A stretch of 63,990 bases of DNA, filler included, from Basidiobolus ranarum (taxonomy: Eukaryota): NCBI GenBank assembly GCA_040143965.1. It is 3 parts of 3 records of this genome, joined end to end, with 100 filler letters (N's around TTAATTAATTAA, not from the genome) between each part and the next. Parts side by side here need not be neighbours in the genome. Positions count along the whole stretch, not along the records: positions 1 to 23,347 come from JASJQH010007043.1; 2 more parts are not named here. The stretch is one strand, 5' to 3'. A program made the position numbers and the translations under genes. Of the stretch, positions 1 through 13,376 are shown piece by piece. Numbering within the stretch: the stretch's first letter is position 1; each line of letters begins with the position of its first letter. Below the pieces are notes generated by a model. The model searched no databases and was not told the DNA's origin. It saw only the letters and a list, made by a program, of their open reading frames with translations.

Positions 1-170
1 TTTTATGCTGGCATTTCATTTGAATAAATAATAGTAATTGGCAGAATATCAAGGATCATATTTTGGTTGATATATTTATCAATTGATTGAGTTAGTTACA
101 TAATTTATGATCAGGGTTTGCATAGAATTCATAATAATGTATTCATTTACACAACACAAATTAGATCCAG

Positions 171-2333
171 TTAACACTTGTTGATCTTGATGGTAATTTC
201 TTCACCGTTGGCCTTGCTGTTGTAACTCTGATGAGATTCTCCAGTGGTATTGAACTTATATGAGTTCGAATCATGGCATTTTTCGTCACTATGATGTTTC
301 TGAGAATATTGACTTCCGTTGCTGCTAATGCTCTGAGCGTAATGGTTCTCGTTACTGTTGGTGCTTTGAGCGTAATGTTTCTCGCTATTATTACTGCTTT
401 GAGCGTATTGTTGATGATTTTTTGCGTATTGAGTTTCGCTACTGTTGCAACTTTGAGCGTATTGCTGATGGTTTTGAGCAGATTGATTTTGGTGACTGCT
501 ACAGTTTTGGGCCTGGGTACCATTGTATTTCTGGGCCTGGTGACTGTTGTAGTTCTGGGCATGGCTACTATTGTAGTTTTGGGCATGGTTACTATTGTAG
601 TTTTGGGTATGATGGTTCTCTTGAATACCATAAGTATTAGATTGGTGGGACTGTTGCTTAGAGGTATGCATTTGTTGATATTGTTGCTGGCTACTATTCA
701 ATGTCTGGGTATGATTGTGGTGAAATTGTTCTTCTGTGGCACCTACACCCATAGCTGAAGTGGAAGCAGTACCACCAGAGACGAGGCTGATCAATCCATC
801 GTAATAATGAGCACCTGACCATTTTTGATGTTGGAGAGTATCTACCGAGTATTGACGTTCTTTACGTTGAATTCCCTCAACATATGCCAACATGCCACGC
901 TGAGCAAAATCACGTGCGAAAAGATCAGTGCTTAAAGCATCGCAATGAAAACCAGCAACGGTGATGAATTGCCAGCAGTAACCAGTACGACCAAGATCCG
1001 AAATAAATGAACGAATCTGATGATCAGACATACCAGCTGCATCCCAGTTGAAAGAGGGTGAAAGGTTGTAGGCGAGCTTGGCATGGGGGAATTTTCTGTG
1101 TACTCCTTCAGCAAATTGCTTAGCTTCCTGAAGGATTGGTTTCTTAGTTTCCATCCATAAAAGATCAGAGTATGGCGAGTAGGCAATTGCACGACTAATG
1201 CTACTCTTGATACCTCCCAAGTATCTATAAAAACCTTCAATAGTACGTGGCTTCTCCCAATCAAATTCAATAGCAAAGCCAAGAGATTTAGCTAAACGAC
1301 GAGCATCAGAGTTGGAGAGGTTCTCAACTTGACAATACCATTTACTTAAGATCTCATCTTTCTCAACATGGCAAGATCTTCTGATGGCATCAGCAACTGC
1401 TTCAACATAAGTTTGAAGGTTGGCATCTTCGAGCCATTGGATCTCAACACGGTTGATTTCAATTGGGTTCATCCCAGCTACTCTACATTCCTCAAGAACT
1501 TCTGCCAAAGGACGAAGATGCTTGCATGCTGTTCCAAGGATGAAGGGATGATCACGTTTGTCAATTGTGCTGGTGATCAAAGTAGCTGCCTCAGCATCAG
1601 TACGTGAGATGATTAAATTCTCAACTCCCATGATATCAAATTGAGCTCTAACAGCTACCAAACGATTGATTTGCTCAGAAACTGGGACCAAAACTTTCCC
1701 TGCCATATGACCACATTTCTTGGTACCAGGTGCTTGATCCTCTATATGAATGGCGGCTGCTCCACGTTCAACAAACATTTTAGCCAGTTTCATAGTAGCG
1801 GTAATACCTCCATGACCGGTATCAGCATCAGCGATAATTGGACGAAGGTAATCATACTCTGTGACAGAGGATCTGACTCTGGGATCCATGTTGACTCTGT
1901 CTTCACGTTGCTTACGATCGTGGAATTGTTGAGCGAGGAACAGTTGGTGAACCTTGTTGGGGACTGTATCCATAGGATAGTCGGCAAGATCTGGTCCGGG
2001 CTCATTCGAGGTAGAGGCGGTGGAGGAACTTTGCCATCCTGAGACATAAATGGTTTCCAAGTACTTGGACATACAAGTAACTTGAACGGGGTCCAAAGAG
2101 CCAAATGTATGGGATGCGGTGCCATTGCAATAATGTTCATTCAAGATTTTCCAAAGTTTTTTTGCCATTGTATTAGATGGGTATTTGATGTCGAGAGTAC
2201 CTCTTTTCGATACAATAGATTCGGCAGTGTATGGACGGGTAACATTGCTAAAACGGGGATTTTTCCACCAAATGCGAACCAGTTCACATTCATCAGCGAA
2301 AAGACCGCTTTCGTCGAAGTTACGAGTGTGCAT
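171..2333 (-). CDS. ICL1: Isocitrate lyase, intronless, with a ~183-aa Q/N/S/H/Y repeat C-terminal extension
   Basis: Catalytic HIEDQ..KKCGH motif, [29 protein letters not shown] is the isocitrate-type (not methylisocitrate-type) specificity motif. The usual TEEQF terminus is followed by the extension. Confidence 0.97.
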   Translation of the reverse strand: MHTRNFDESGLFADECELVRIWWKNPRFSNVTRPYTAESIVSKRGTLDIKYPSNTMAKKLWKILNEHYCNGTASHTFGSLDPVQVTCMSKYLETIYVSGWQSSSTASTSNEPGPDLADYPMDTVPNKVHQLFLAQQFHDRKQREDRVNMDPRVRSSVTEYDYLRPIIADADTGHGGITATMKLAKMFVERGAAAIHIEDQAPGTKKCGHMAGKVLVPVSEQINRLVAVRAQFDIMGVENLIISRTDAEAATLITSTIDKRDHPFILGTACKHLRPLAEVLEECRVAGMNPIEINRVEIQWLEDANLQTYVEAVADAIRRSCHVEKDEILSKWYCQVENLSNSDARRLAKSLGFAIEFDWEKPRTIEGFYRYLGGIKSSISRAIAYSPYSDLLWMETKKPILQEAKQFAEGVHRKFPHAKLAYNLSPSFNWDAAGMSDHQIRSFISDLGRTGYCWQFITVAGFHCDALSTDLFARDFAQRGMLAYVEGIQRKERQYSVDTLQHQKWSGAHYYDGLISLVSGGTASTSAMGVGATEEQFHHNHTQTLNSSQQQYQQMHTSKQQSHQSNTYGIQENHHTQNYNSNHAQNYNSSHAQNYNSHQAQKYNGTQAQNCSSHQNQSAQNHQQYAQSCNSSETQYAKNHQQYAQSSNNSEKHYAQSTNSNENHYAQSISSNGSQYSQKHHSDEKCHDSNSYKFNTTGESHQSYNSKANGEEITIKINKC
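273..640. repeat. Coding tandem repeats in the ICL tail (~24-nt HAQNYNSS units; ~33-nt HYAQSxNSxE units)
   Basis: Repeated gggcatggctactattgtagtttt-like and ctttgagcgta(a/t)tg units are visible at about 330-620. Confidence 0.85.
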
Positions 2334-3614
2334 TGTTACTTGCGGAGATCAATGAGTAGTTGGACGTAGACTTCTTTTCAAACGATACTTCAGATGTGAA
2401 GTGGAAGTAGAAGTAGAATAGATGTTCCTTGAATTTTGGCAACCTGAAGCTATTTATATTCAGCCGACAATGGATCCAAAATGTGTCACCAAGAGGTATA
2501 CGTCAACGAGAATAGAGTTCAAGATAAACCAACATGTATGCATCCCACATCCCCAAGTACTGACTCTTAGATTGGGCTGAGATACGAGATCAAACTTCAT
2601 TTGACCGAATTGGTTCAAGCCACCAGAAAATACCAGTAGTTATCGCACAATATACCATGGACTTATACTACTAAGCCATCGTCATGGACACGGTTTTATA
2701 TTCTTTCGATTATTTGTTTATCTCAAGGCCAGGGATCTTTATCACACGGGATTCGATTGAACAGGTTCGGTTTAACTGATGATGTGGCATCATTACACCG
2801 AATACCCGCTATGCGCTAGAAGATTTCAGTTAGCTGGATGTAAGCAACGTTCTCAGTAGATATTGTTACGCAAAAAATGTACAATAAAAGCCCGACTGAA
2901 AGCCAGATTTCTGTTATTTGGTGTAATGCTTTGTATATGTATCATAAATGGTGGCCGTAACTAGAACTATAACCATAATCATAACCGTAGCCATAGCCGT
3001 GACCAGGATTTAATCTACAAACACAGTGCCAAACTTGGTGCCAGCCATCGGTGATTTTTCGAGTGGCTTATCAAAAATCCTGGTAAATAGTGGACGATGT
3101 GGAGATGTAACAGATCAGTGCAGGATATAGCTGATCCAATAGGTTTTACAACAACTGAATAATCAGTACATCCTGAGTGTTTCCTCGAATTAGAAAGAAC
3201 TCCTATGATTACATACACCATCCACCTTACACCACAAACCATATACCACCAAATTGAGCCAAGACCAAGGATCTTGAATGATCCCTTTACTAGCGATCAA
3301 CCGAGTAAGAAATTGCAATGGGAAATGTCCATGAATGGGTATCTCAGACAAAGATTAATTTTGGAATCAGATACGCACTAGCTATACAGAAGTTTAAACC
3401 TTAGAGGTAGATACATTTATACAGTACATGTGAGTGACATAAGAAACATGAGGTTTAGGCCAAATTGGGTGAATGTGAAAGGAGGGCCAAAACAATTGTT
3501 TAGTAATTGGCCATCCTTCCAATGCAAAGTATACGGGAACACATCTCATTCTCAACTTTCTCATTAATAGTAAAACGCATACATATGATGGCTACTTCTA
3601 CAATGTAACTTTTA

Positions 3615-4338
3615 TCAAGAGGATACCAAAAATCCTACAAAACACTGGTCTAGAAGAGTATCTGTGCTCACCCAGGAATGCACATTCACTATGAAAAGGA
3701 AGGAAATATATAGGTTAGTTCTCACAAAAGAACTCAAAGAATCTACTAAACAAATACTAACTGAACAATTTGGTCGCATCTCTACCGGCAGCTCTCATCA
3801 GTTCTTTTTTACCTGGAATTGATAAAACATTTAGCTATTTGCTACTAGGAGAAAATTGTTTCTTCTAGTTACCTCCAGGATGGAAATTTATATACGCTGT
3901 GATATTATATACTTTTCCTTGAATAGCACACCAAGCGTCAGTGTCACTTTTATGCTGTTTAATATCTTCTAATGTGTATTTTCCTATAGAAGAAACTCCC
4001 TAGAGAAATTGCTCATTAATATTACACACTTACGAAATAGAAGGTAACCTCAGTTTTGACTTACTCTCAAATCCGCACCCGAGTTTTTAAGTTTAGCCCA
4101 ATCCAAAGGAGAATGACCAGGTTCGAGGGCAACTTTTACTCGTCTAGGTTTTTTTCTGGTCTGTAAAGGGGCTACCATCTGAGGGCCATTGGGTAGTGGA
4201 AACACAGAGATGTCGTTGTCCTCTACACGCCGAGAAAAAACAGTCAGTAAATAAGGAATAGTCTAGAACATGTTAGAGATTACCTTCTGTAGGTAAGGAA
4301 AACTTGATGCTAGGAGCAGCGAAATTTGACGAGTCCAT
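3615..4338 (-). CDS. Cytochrome b5-like heme-binding protein (IRC21 / CYB5R4 N-terminal type), 5 exons
   Basis: Hand-spliced GT-AG exons give KVALEPGHSPLDWAKLKNSGADLR|GVSSIGKYTLEDIKQHKSDTDAWCAIQGKVYNITAYINFHPGGKKELMRAAGRDATKLF..HSWV, including the HPGG heme motif. Not in the ORF track. Confidence 0.9.
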
Positions 4339-4880
4339 GACTATACTTGGTTTTATCTATTTTTAATATTGACTACCCGTGGTGGTCAATAGCCAACCTA
4401 TAAGTAATTTCTTGCTTGACTGGATTACTAATCTGCGGTGATAATACATTTTTATGGAGTGGAACCAATCTGAGAATATTTGCACATCAAAACTGGTTGA
4501 AACTACATAAAACTGAGTGCACTGGAAGTTGCATAAAGTTAATCATTCTTGAATAAATCTCGATAGAGAATGCATGAACCTAGTTTGTGACTGCTAAATA
4601 TCAGATAGAAAAAAAGAAAAAAAATTCCCAATTTCGATCAGTAGTGAATATCAGGGATTTTTTTTTCCAAACAATCTTCCTAAAGATTGATTTTTTCGTG
4701 AAAGTCAGAAAAGAAAAGACAAGACTAGATAGATTATTCTAATACTGAGTATCTTTCAAAGTTCACTTTTCCATAAACCATACGTTTCTATCTAGACACT
4801 GAGTTTTCCGTTCGTTGAAATCTTGAAAGAGCTCGTATACACTTGATATTATCATAAATTATTTTTCATAATATAAAAAT

Positions 4881-7447
4881 ATGGCTGTCGATTTTGTTAT
4901 GACCATTGATGACGAGGACGTTGTTCCTTTGTTAGATGAAGAGGAAGCCGTAGAGACTCAAGAAGTAAACGATTTTCTCACTATTTTCTTTTGTTGAAGT
5001 AGTTAAATAACCTCGTTTTATCGACCTTTGTTAGACTACAAAAAAGAATAAGAAGAAGCAAAAGAAACAGGAAGAAGCGATTAACCCAGGTTTCAAATTC
5101 GACTTGGAAGGTGATTCTGTTAATAGTCTTACCCACTCACTCGACTTCACCACTGCCAAGGCATCGTTGAAAAAGAGGGACCCAGTATGTGAACTTTAAG
5201 TGACGCGTAAAGTTGTTTTATTTTTTAACTTTATTTACCTTTTCCATAGTCTGCCAATTATACAAGTCTTGATGAGAAAATTGCCAGTAAACGTCTTCAA
5301 ATGAAAGGCAAGAAACAGCCTACTGAAGAAGCTGAAGGTTAGTAACAAGATCCACATTAAATACTTTGTAATATATTTCATTTGTTAATGGTTATATAAT
5401 ATTTACTTTAGATTCCGAAGAGGATGGTATGGATCCTGATAACTCTTTTTTCATGGATGAAGAAGAAGAGGAGGATGATATTGAAGTAAGCGATGATGGT
5501 GATAATGACGAGCAAAATTCGGAATCCGAGGAGGAGGAAGAGGATTCTGAAGAAGAAGTTAATGATGAAGAGGAGGAGGAGGAGGAAGAGGGAGAAGATG
5601 GTAGCGAAAGTGAAACCGAATACGAAAAAAAAGTAAGGCAATATTTGAATTACTTTCTAGGGAAGTGATATACTCACAATTTATAAAATAGCGTAAAGCA
5701 GCTTATTTCGCTACACCTGAGGAATCATCGAGTGAGGTTCCCGAGTCTTTCGCCAGTATGAATCTGTCCAGACCCATTATGAAAGGGTTAAGTAACATTG
5801 GTTTCGTCAAGCCTACCCCCATTCAGGCTAAGACTGTCCCAGTTGCTTTACTTGGTAAAGATATTTGTGGTGGTGCAGTTACTGGTTCAGGTAAGTACTT
5901 TAGCTTTGATGTTAAATCTTAATGTGTACTAATTCGTATTGAATTTAGGTAAAACTGGTGCCTTCATCGTTCCTGTACTCGAGCGTCTTCTTTATCGCCC
6001 TCGTCAAAACGCCGCAATTCGTGTTTTAGTTCTTTGTCCCACTCGTGAGTTGGCTATCCAGTGTCATAGCGTTGCTACCAAGCTCGCACAATTCACTGAC
6101 ATCGACTTCTGCTTGTGTATTGGTGGTCTTTCTCTTAAAGTACAAGAGGCAACTCTCAAACAGCGTCCTGATGTTGTTATTGCCACACCAGGTCGTTTAA
6201 TCGATCACATTCACAATTCACCATCCTTTACTTTGGACCAGATTGAAATCCTTATTATGGATGAAGCCGATAGAATGTTGGAAGATGGTTTCACAGCTGA
6301 ATTGACTGAAATTGTCAACAACTGCCCCAAAGCTAGACAAACCATGCTCTTCTCCGCTACCATGACTGATAACGTTGATGAATTAGTCAGACTGTCACTC
6401 AACAAACCAGTCAGATTGATGATTGATTCACCTAAATCCACAGCCGACAATTTGACTCAAGAATTCGTCAGAGTTAGACAGCACCGTGAAGCTGACCGTT
6501 CAGCCATGCTTGCCTCCCTTTGCAAGAAGTATTTCAAAAAGAGATGTATTGTTTTCTTCAGAAGCAAGGCTTCCGCTCATCAAATGAAGATCATCTTTGG
6601 ATTGTTGGGAATGCGTGCTGCCGAACTTCATGGTAACTTGACACAGGAACAACGTCTCGAAGCGTTGGAACAATTCCGAGATGAGAAGGTGGACTACCTT
6701 CTTGCTACCGACTTGGCGTCTCGTGGTCTTGATATTAAAGGAATCGAAACCGTTATCAATTTCAATATGCCCACTAGCTTTGCACAGTATCAACATCGTG
6801 TTGGTCGTACTGCTCGTGCTGGTCTCAGTGGTAGATCCGTCACATTGGTTGGTGAAGCTGATCGTAAAATGCTTAGAATTGCCATTAAGCACACCTCTAA
6901 AGATAAGATCAAGAATCGTGTGATTGGTCAAGAGATGATTCAGAAATACAAGGAGAAGATCGATGGTCTGACTGAACAAGTGAAAGAAATCATGAAGGAA
7001 GAGAAGGACGAGAAGATGTTCCGTCAAGCTGAAATGGAGGTCACCAAGGCTCAAAATCTCATTGATCATGAAAAAGAGATCTACGGTCGTCCTGCTAGAA
7101 CATGGTTCCAATCGGAAAAAGAACGTCAGAAGTCCAAGGATGTTGCACTTGCTTCACACAATGCTAAATTTGAAGCTAAATCCAAAAAGGTTCCCAATAG
7201 CAAAAAGAGACGTATGAAGACTTCCGAAGACGTTCACGTTGAGAACACCCAAATGAGATCTATCAGAGCTGCTAAGAAAGCACTGTTACCCAAGAAGATT
7301 AATACCGTCATGGAACGTGGCGCCAAGGCTGGACCAGCCAAGAAGAAGCAGAAGAGATACAATAGTTTCTCATCTGATCTTGCTGATGGTAGTAAGCGCA
7401 ATGCCGGTCCTAAACTGACAAGCAAGAACAAGAAAGGGAAGAAATAA
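4881..7447 (+). CDS. DRS1: Nucleolar DEAD-box RNA helicase (Drs1/DDX27), 6 exons
   Basis: ATG 4881 ([13 protein letters not shown]), acidic N-terminus, Q motif [14 protein letters not shown] across the intron 5892-5948, [21 protein letters not shown], and the Drs1-type [10 protein letters not shown] motif. Confidence 0.95.
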
Positions 7448-7720
7448 GCAACTAAATGTTTGCTCTTGAAATCATGTTAATTTCCAATATCCCTAGCCAC
7501 TCTACCTTTACCCCACTCATTATTTTCCTTTCATGTTTTCCTTTACTTTTCTTCTTAGATAGTGTTACATAGACTTGATACATAATTATTAAAAATCCGA
7601 ATAACATTCAAGCTTGGTTACAACGAATATATTCAACTTATTTTATCACTACAAAACAAAGTGCACATCAATATGCTTTAAGGTCTTCAGAGGGGTGGCT
7701 TAGGCACCGTTTGACATGGA

Positions 7721-8609
7721 CTACGCTCTAATTAATACTATGAGCAACTCATGTTGATTATTACAAACAATAATGAAAGCCAAACCTTTCTAGTGCATCT
7801 ATAGCAACCAAGATGTCATGCTTGTTGCTACTTACGATGTTGCCATTAGCCATCATTTCGTTCAATATCAAGTGAACCTTATCTAAATGGATTACTAGGT
7901 AGATTCAAGTCAAGGAGACTTTAAGTAGTGGACCTAGTACAAGAAGAATTCAAAACGATAGAAAGGATATATCGAGCTCACGCTATAATTTGAATCCAAG
8001 AGAGTGGGAAAACAGATTCAGTGCTGTGATATTTGTTAAAATCCTCTACTTGTAACTATAAACTCACCACTTTATCGAAATAAACGTTCAAAATTTCTAT
8101 TTTGCCATAATAATTAGAATTTCAATGTGAAGAGTAGGTCAGGAGAAGCGGTACATACCTACCCAGTTTTGCACGAATTCTATTACTTCGAACTCATTCT
8201 AAATGAAATTGTTATTATATTTTTGGATGGTATATGCTATGCTCTCATTCTATATTTACATCTTCTGGTGATATTCCCAAGATAAAGAAAAGGGATGCGT
8301 ATCTCCGATATACTGGTAATGTGATGTTTAGCTCACCATTGAACAGTAAAAGAATTAATACATTAAGCTCTCCTTACCGAATTTATATTGTTCGTGAAAA
8401 ATAATCGAACACTAAACAATCAACACTATCAGCCTTTATCTACAAACAGATAGCAAAGTACTAACTTGACTCTCAGGCCGTGGTATTATTTTACGTGCTA
8501 ACTCGGCTTCGAATATAGAACGTTGTAAAGGAGACACACCAATTTCAGTAAAATACTTCGAAAACCGTGTTCTCCCTTGCTTATTGATAATTAGAATAAA
8601 GTGTATCAT
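7721..8609 (-). CDS. AP4S1: Adaptor protein complex sigma subunit, AP-4 sigma-like, about 8 exons including a 12-nt microexon and an AT-AC intron
   Basis: Spliced product: MIHFILIINKQGRTRFSKYF..RPESQ|CSIIFHEQYKF|VYRRYASLFFILGISPED|NEFEVIEFVQNWV|EILNVYFDKV|RELD|LVIHLDKVHLILNEMMANGNIVSSNK. NKQGxTR, QCS and LDKVHxILxEMxxNGxIV fit sigma4 best. The last tiny exon is uncertain. Confidence 0.85.
7899..7970 (-). other. U12-type AT-AC intron (72 nt)
   Basis: 5'ss ATATCCTTT, branch TCCTTGAC about 10 nt before the terminal AC. Removal joins RELD|LVIHLDKVH in frame. Confidence 0.9.
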
Positions 8610-9199
8610 AACTGAAGCCGATAAATTATGTCAGAATAGCCTTTAACTCTTTGAACCCTTTATAGATAACAATGATTAATTATATGCAAGATAGTATTAA
8701 CTACAATAATCTCTGTGATACATTTTGAGTGCTTTCTTGATTTTAAACGTACATACATAGTTTATGATTGGACAAATTGATTAGCGTTGGGGCAATAGGC
8801 TATGGGGTGAGGGCTACATTTCAAATACTGGCAAGAAGTATTTTTGGGCCCCACAGATTTGACTAGATAAATGTTGTTTAGGCCCAGTAGTTGTGAAGCC
8901 TATTTGAATTTGTAAACTCTTACTGGAATATAGGTATTTGTATATTATAAGTATTTTGAGAATTGGATATTTTCCCCAGTTGCTCAGGCTGTCAAGTTGA
9001 CTGATAAAATTATCCAAATATTTGCTGTATGAGGTTGGGGTTGGTAAATCGCTCAATATACTATAATAATCATCCCACGTTGCCGAGTCCTACAATACCC
9101 GAAAAAAAATTGGGAGGGGGAATGTACTATGAAATACTCTACCCCAACTTTCTTCCTCTTTAGACTCTGACTTGGCTTGTTGTTTCGTCCCACATCGTC

Positions 9200-10164
9200 A
9201 TGGTTTCTGCTCTTTCAACCAGAATTGCTTCGGCTCTTGCCAACCGCACTCCTATCACTGCTCCTTATGCTGTTTCTGCTTTCAGACAGCTCATTAACAC
9301 TACTTCTAACTCTAGTAACGATAATGTTTCCCAATCCAGCGACATTGGCTCGAAATCTACCCGTCGCTCCGATGGTCAAACCTTCTCTAAAACTCCCATT
9401 ACTGGTAAGTTTGTCTTGAAAGCGCACTTACGGAATTACTAGCTTAGAATCTCAAATATATAAGTTTCAAACTATTTTGTACTTATACCCCAGTTCAATC
9501 GTGTTATGTGGTTGATTTTTCTTGACATTAATAATCTAACGAAATTTATTTTTGTTTAGCACGTTTAAGCTTCAGCGAGCAACAACGCATGTATTCCACA
9601 TATTCTCGTAATTCCACTGTTGTCCCTGACTTCTCTGCTTACAAGAAAGAGAACACTGGCGAAGATGCTAGCCGTGCTTTCTCTTACTTCATGGTTGGAA
9701 CTACTGGTCTTGCAACTGCTGTAACCGCTAAAGCTACTGTGTACGACTTCCTTACCAATCTTAGTGCCTCCGCTGATGTTTTGGCTTTGGCAAAGGTTGA
9801 AGTTGACTTAGCCAATATTCCAGAGGGTAAGAATGTTGTTGTTAAGTGGCGTGGTAAGCCTGTTTTCATTCGTCACAGAACCGCCAGCGAAATCTCGGAA
9901 GCCAACTCTGTTAACGTTGCCGACTTGAGAGATCCTCAAACCGATGGTGAGCGTGTTAAGCAACCCGAATGGATGATTATGTTGGGTATCTGCACTCACT
10001 TGGGTTGTGTGCCTATTGGTGAGGCTGGTGATTATGGTGGTTGGTATTGTCCTTGCCATGGTTCTCACTACGATATTTCCGGCCGTATTAGAAAGGGACC
10101 TGCCCCTCTTAACCTCGAAATCCCCGAATACACAATTGAGGGTGATAGTCTCGTCATTGGTTAA
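9200..10164 (+). CDS. RIP1: Cytochrome bc1 Rieske Fe-S protein, 2 exons (intron ~9405-9559)
   Basis: CTHLGC and CPCHGS Rieske motifs, KWRGKPVFIRHRT, and a mitochondrial presequence in exon 1. Confidence 0.97.
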
Positions 10165-10945
10165 AGGAAATCTTCCTTTTCAATAATCCATTATATTTAA
10201 ATCACCTCACTTGTTAAAATGATTCTGTCACCAAACTCATCAATCTCTTTTCGCACTATTTGTTAGACCCAACTCTTCATTTTCTTTATGCATGTTCTTG
10301 AACGTAATTTGTAAGAATTGGAAACTTAACGAAAAGTATGTATTCATGACTTATCCCATCTTAAATAAACCAATTTCCGTCTGATTTACGTTAGCATAAC
10401 TCGCTCTGCTTGTCATTCCCTTTAGCTAGGGACAAGATGTTCATTAATTAGGCTAAAATTTGGAGCTTGCCAATCATGCAATTGTAACTATTGCGAATGT
10501 GACTAGTTAAGGTGGAACGTTGGAAACATGATTACTGTGGTGAAAAGTTGAGGCCAAGTAGTCTATTTTTTTGTCCTTATACAACTAACAGTATTCAGCG
10601 TGAATGTGAATATTTCGAATATAATGGCATTTACTACTAGCAATTTCTCATGCTATATAATGGTATCAAGGATAGCATGAATCTCGTCAGAACTTTTGTT
10701 ATGATTTCTCAATCTCGTAACTAATAAAATACCTATCCCACGAAGCACAACCGAGTTACAAGGTTATATAGGCATGGTTTTATTGATTTTAGTAAAACAT
10801 GAGGGATGCACTAATATTCTGTTCAAGATAACAGAACTAGCATGGCTTGATAGACTCAAAATTTAGATATTATAAGTGGTTGGAGAAGTGATCGAAGTGT
10901 TTTTGCGTAGTAGGAATTTATTCAAGTGCGAATGATATGAAGGGT

Positions 10946-11450
10946 TTAAGCAATGATGATGTTAGGGGCGACGTAACGCTTTGTATGGTACACTGATTTT
11001 CCAACTTCCCAGCCAGGAACATCCTTCATGATCTCTGCTTCACGCTCTACGGCAGCTCTTTGACGACGATAAGAATCACGATCATATTCAGCTTGAAGCA
11101 TAGGAAGTAAATGTAAACGAGCCCATATTTTTTCGCGTTTGAGTTCTCTATAAAGGTAGACAAAAACAACAAGATATTGTTTACGTTAATATCCAAGGGT
11201 TGAAGAAAAGTCGTTGAGAAAGGTATAAAGGTGAACGGGCAAAATGTATGTATTAATCCTAATATGGATGTATATCTACAAACCTTCTTTCTTTGATTCC
11301 TTCGAAAACTTGGTAAAAACTAAGTCCTGTGATCACAGCTAAACCGCCGAAAAGAGCCAAACCAGAGGGGCCTTTCTTAGGAAGGTGACGCTTATACCTA
11401 ACAGCAGGATAACCACCTTGAGGTGGGAGCTCTTGTGCATATGTAGTCAT
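10946..11450 (-). CDS. NDUFA13: Complex I subunit NDUFA13/GRIM-19, 2 exons
   Basis: QELPPQGGYPAVRYKRHLPKKGPSG; exon 2 ELKREKIWARLHLLPMLQAEYDRD..MKDVPGWEVGKSVYHTKRY. Confidence 0.93.
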
Positions 11451-12304
11451 AGCTAAAAATAGGATAGAAGCGAATACGGGGGGTTTCTATTCGTAAACAG
11501 CCAAACAAACCCTTGACTTCGATAGAAGCCATGTTTCTTGAAGCAACTCATCTGAAAATTTCCACGTGACCCCACACTGTCCCTTTGAACACCCCGCAAG
11601 CTGGACGAAAAATTGGATACCCCTTTTCCCCAAATCGACAATATGCATGTTGAATTGATAGACTAAGTATGATCATATGTTATGAAGAAAGTAAACTTTA
11701 TTTCTTGAAGAGAACGATTCATGAGGCAAAAGAATGGGATATTAAAAAATAGGAGAGATTTCTTTGCTACAGGATCGCTCAAACCCGATGGCCCGATTCG
11801 CTCTGACTGATACGCGTAGATGTAGGCGTTAATATGGACTTTAAAAGTACAATTAGTTAGAAGCAATTCCAAGCTAGAGCTATGTAAGTGGTTAGCGAGT
11901 GTGCATTTTAAATTCATCTATCTAATCTCGCTTAGTGGCCAATAAATGAGTTTACTGCGTCCATGGTGTACATATATTAGGAAATCATCTCCATTGATGC
12001 GACCTCAATATGACCATATTTTAGTGGTTCATCATGCAAAGGTAAAAGTCACCCAAGAGTCAAAATTTTCGTTGAAAATAAGAATAGTGGCTAGAAATCA
12101 ATCATTGGTTAAGTATGTGGGTTAAAGCGGGATGTGCATCCAATAACTGAAAGCTTAGGATAAATACAAGAAGAAAATTTTAAATCACCCCAGTAACAAA
12201 CACAAGTCACCTGATTTTAGTTGATTCAAATACAAAAAATTTCCACTGTAAAGGCAAGTTGCTCACTTCTTCTCAAGTCCAATTTTCCTTCATATTACTT
12301 CACA

Positions 12305-12691
12305 ATGAACGCTCTTGCTGGTCTCACTAGAACTGCTTTCCCTGCTTTGAACCTTGTTCGTGCCTACGGTACCAAGACCTGTTATGTTGGTAACATTCCC
12401 TGGGGAACCAGTGAAGAACAAATCCAAGATCTCTTCACCGAATTCGGAGAAGTTGAGAAGGTTCGTCTTCCTCTTGACGACGCTGGTCGCATCAAGGGTT
12501 TCGGATTCGTTGAATTAGATGAAACTGCTGCTGCCAAGGCCATTGACTCCCTTAACGGTTTCAGCTTCAACGGTCGTGAACTTCGTGTCAACGAGGCTCA
12601 AGAACGTGCCCCTAGAGCTCCCCGTTCCTTCGGCAGCGGTGGTCGTTCTTTCGGTGACCGCCCTAACTTCAACCGCAACCGCGACTTCTAA
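12305..12691 (+). CDS. Small single-RRM RNA-binding protein with a probable mitochondrial presequence, intronless
   Basis: RNP2 CYVGNI, RNP1 KGFGFVEL, LNG..GRELRVNEA. N-terminus MNALAGLTRTAFPALNLVRAY has no acidic residues. G/R/F-rich tail. Confidence 0.9.
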   Translation: MNALAGLTRTAFPALNLVRAYGTKTCYVGNIPWGTSEEQIQDLFTEFGEVEKVRLPLDDAGRIKGFGFVELDETAAAKAIDSLNGFSFNGRELRVNEAQERAPRAPRSFGSGGRSFGDRPNFNRNRDF

Positions 12692-13376
12692 ACATCTCAC
12701 TTTGTGATTTCTCAACAAATCTATAGATCATTTTGCATTTAAGCCATATCTTATTTGTATTGCATAGGACAACAACATCATTTGTACTGTAACTTTTTAT
12801 CTTGTTTTTTCTTAAAGAAATAATCTATTTACTCCGATTTCCATTACACCTATAAAGCTTATGTTATTTACCATGTCACAGTCTTCATTGTCTAAACAAT
12901 AAAAATGAGCAACCTATAGATGTGTAACTGCATTTTATTCTCAAAATCATTCCTTTCTGTTACTGTTTACTCTTTGTCAAATACTTCACCTAACGCCCTA
13001 TTGACAAGCGTTAAAGTCGAACTCCATCTCTATCAGAAATGGAGGGAAGGTCATGTAATGTCGACCATAAGATTCTTTTAACTGTTCTTATTGAGGATTC
13101 TTCACAAAGGGACATGGATGATACATTTTAGAAGAAAAATATTCTGTTGAACAGGGAAGGAGGCTTTTTTATTTATTTTTCTCGATACTTGATTTTCTCC
13201 GATGGGAAAAGCAAATGTGAAGATGAGGGGAGTGGAGGAGAGTAGATTTGTATTGATACAGTTGGTAATTCACGAAGTAGTAGTGTTGGTGGTTACGTCG
13301 TTAGTTAAGCCTTCTAATAAATCATAATGAATGTTGAGCTCAATGGAAAGATGATATTATTTGCAAATTATAAATA

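Noticed and set aside
161-758. Overlapping ORFs in other frames and on the opposite strand over the ICL tail
   Set aside because: Shadow ORFs kept open by stop-free tandem repeats; the products are low-complexity sequence.
3085-3135. SGRCGDVTDQC, a hevein-like fragment, and ORF 3015-3242
   Set aside because: Too short, flanked by stops, and the full Cys pattern is absent.
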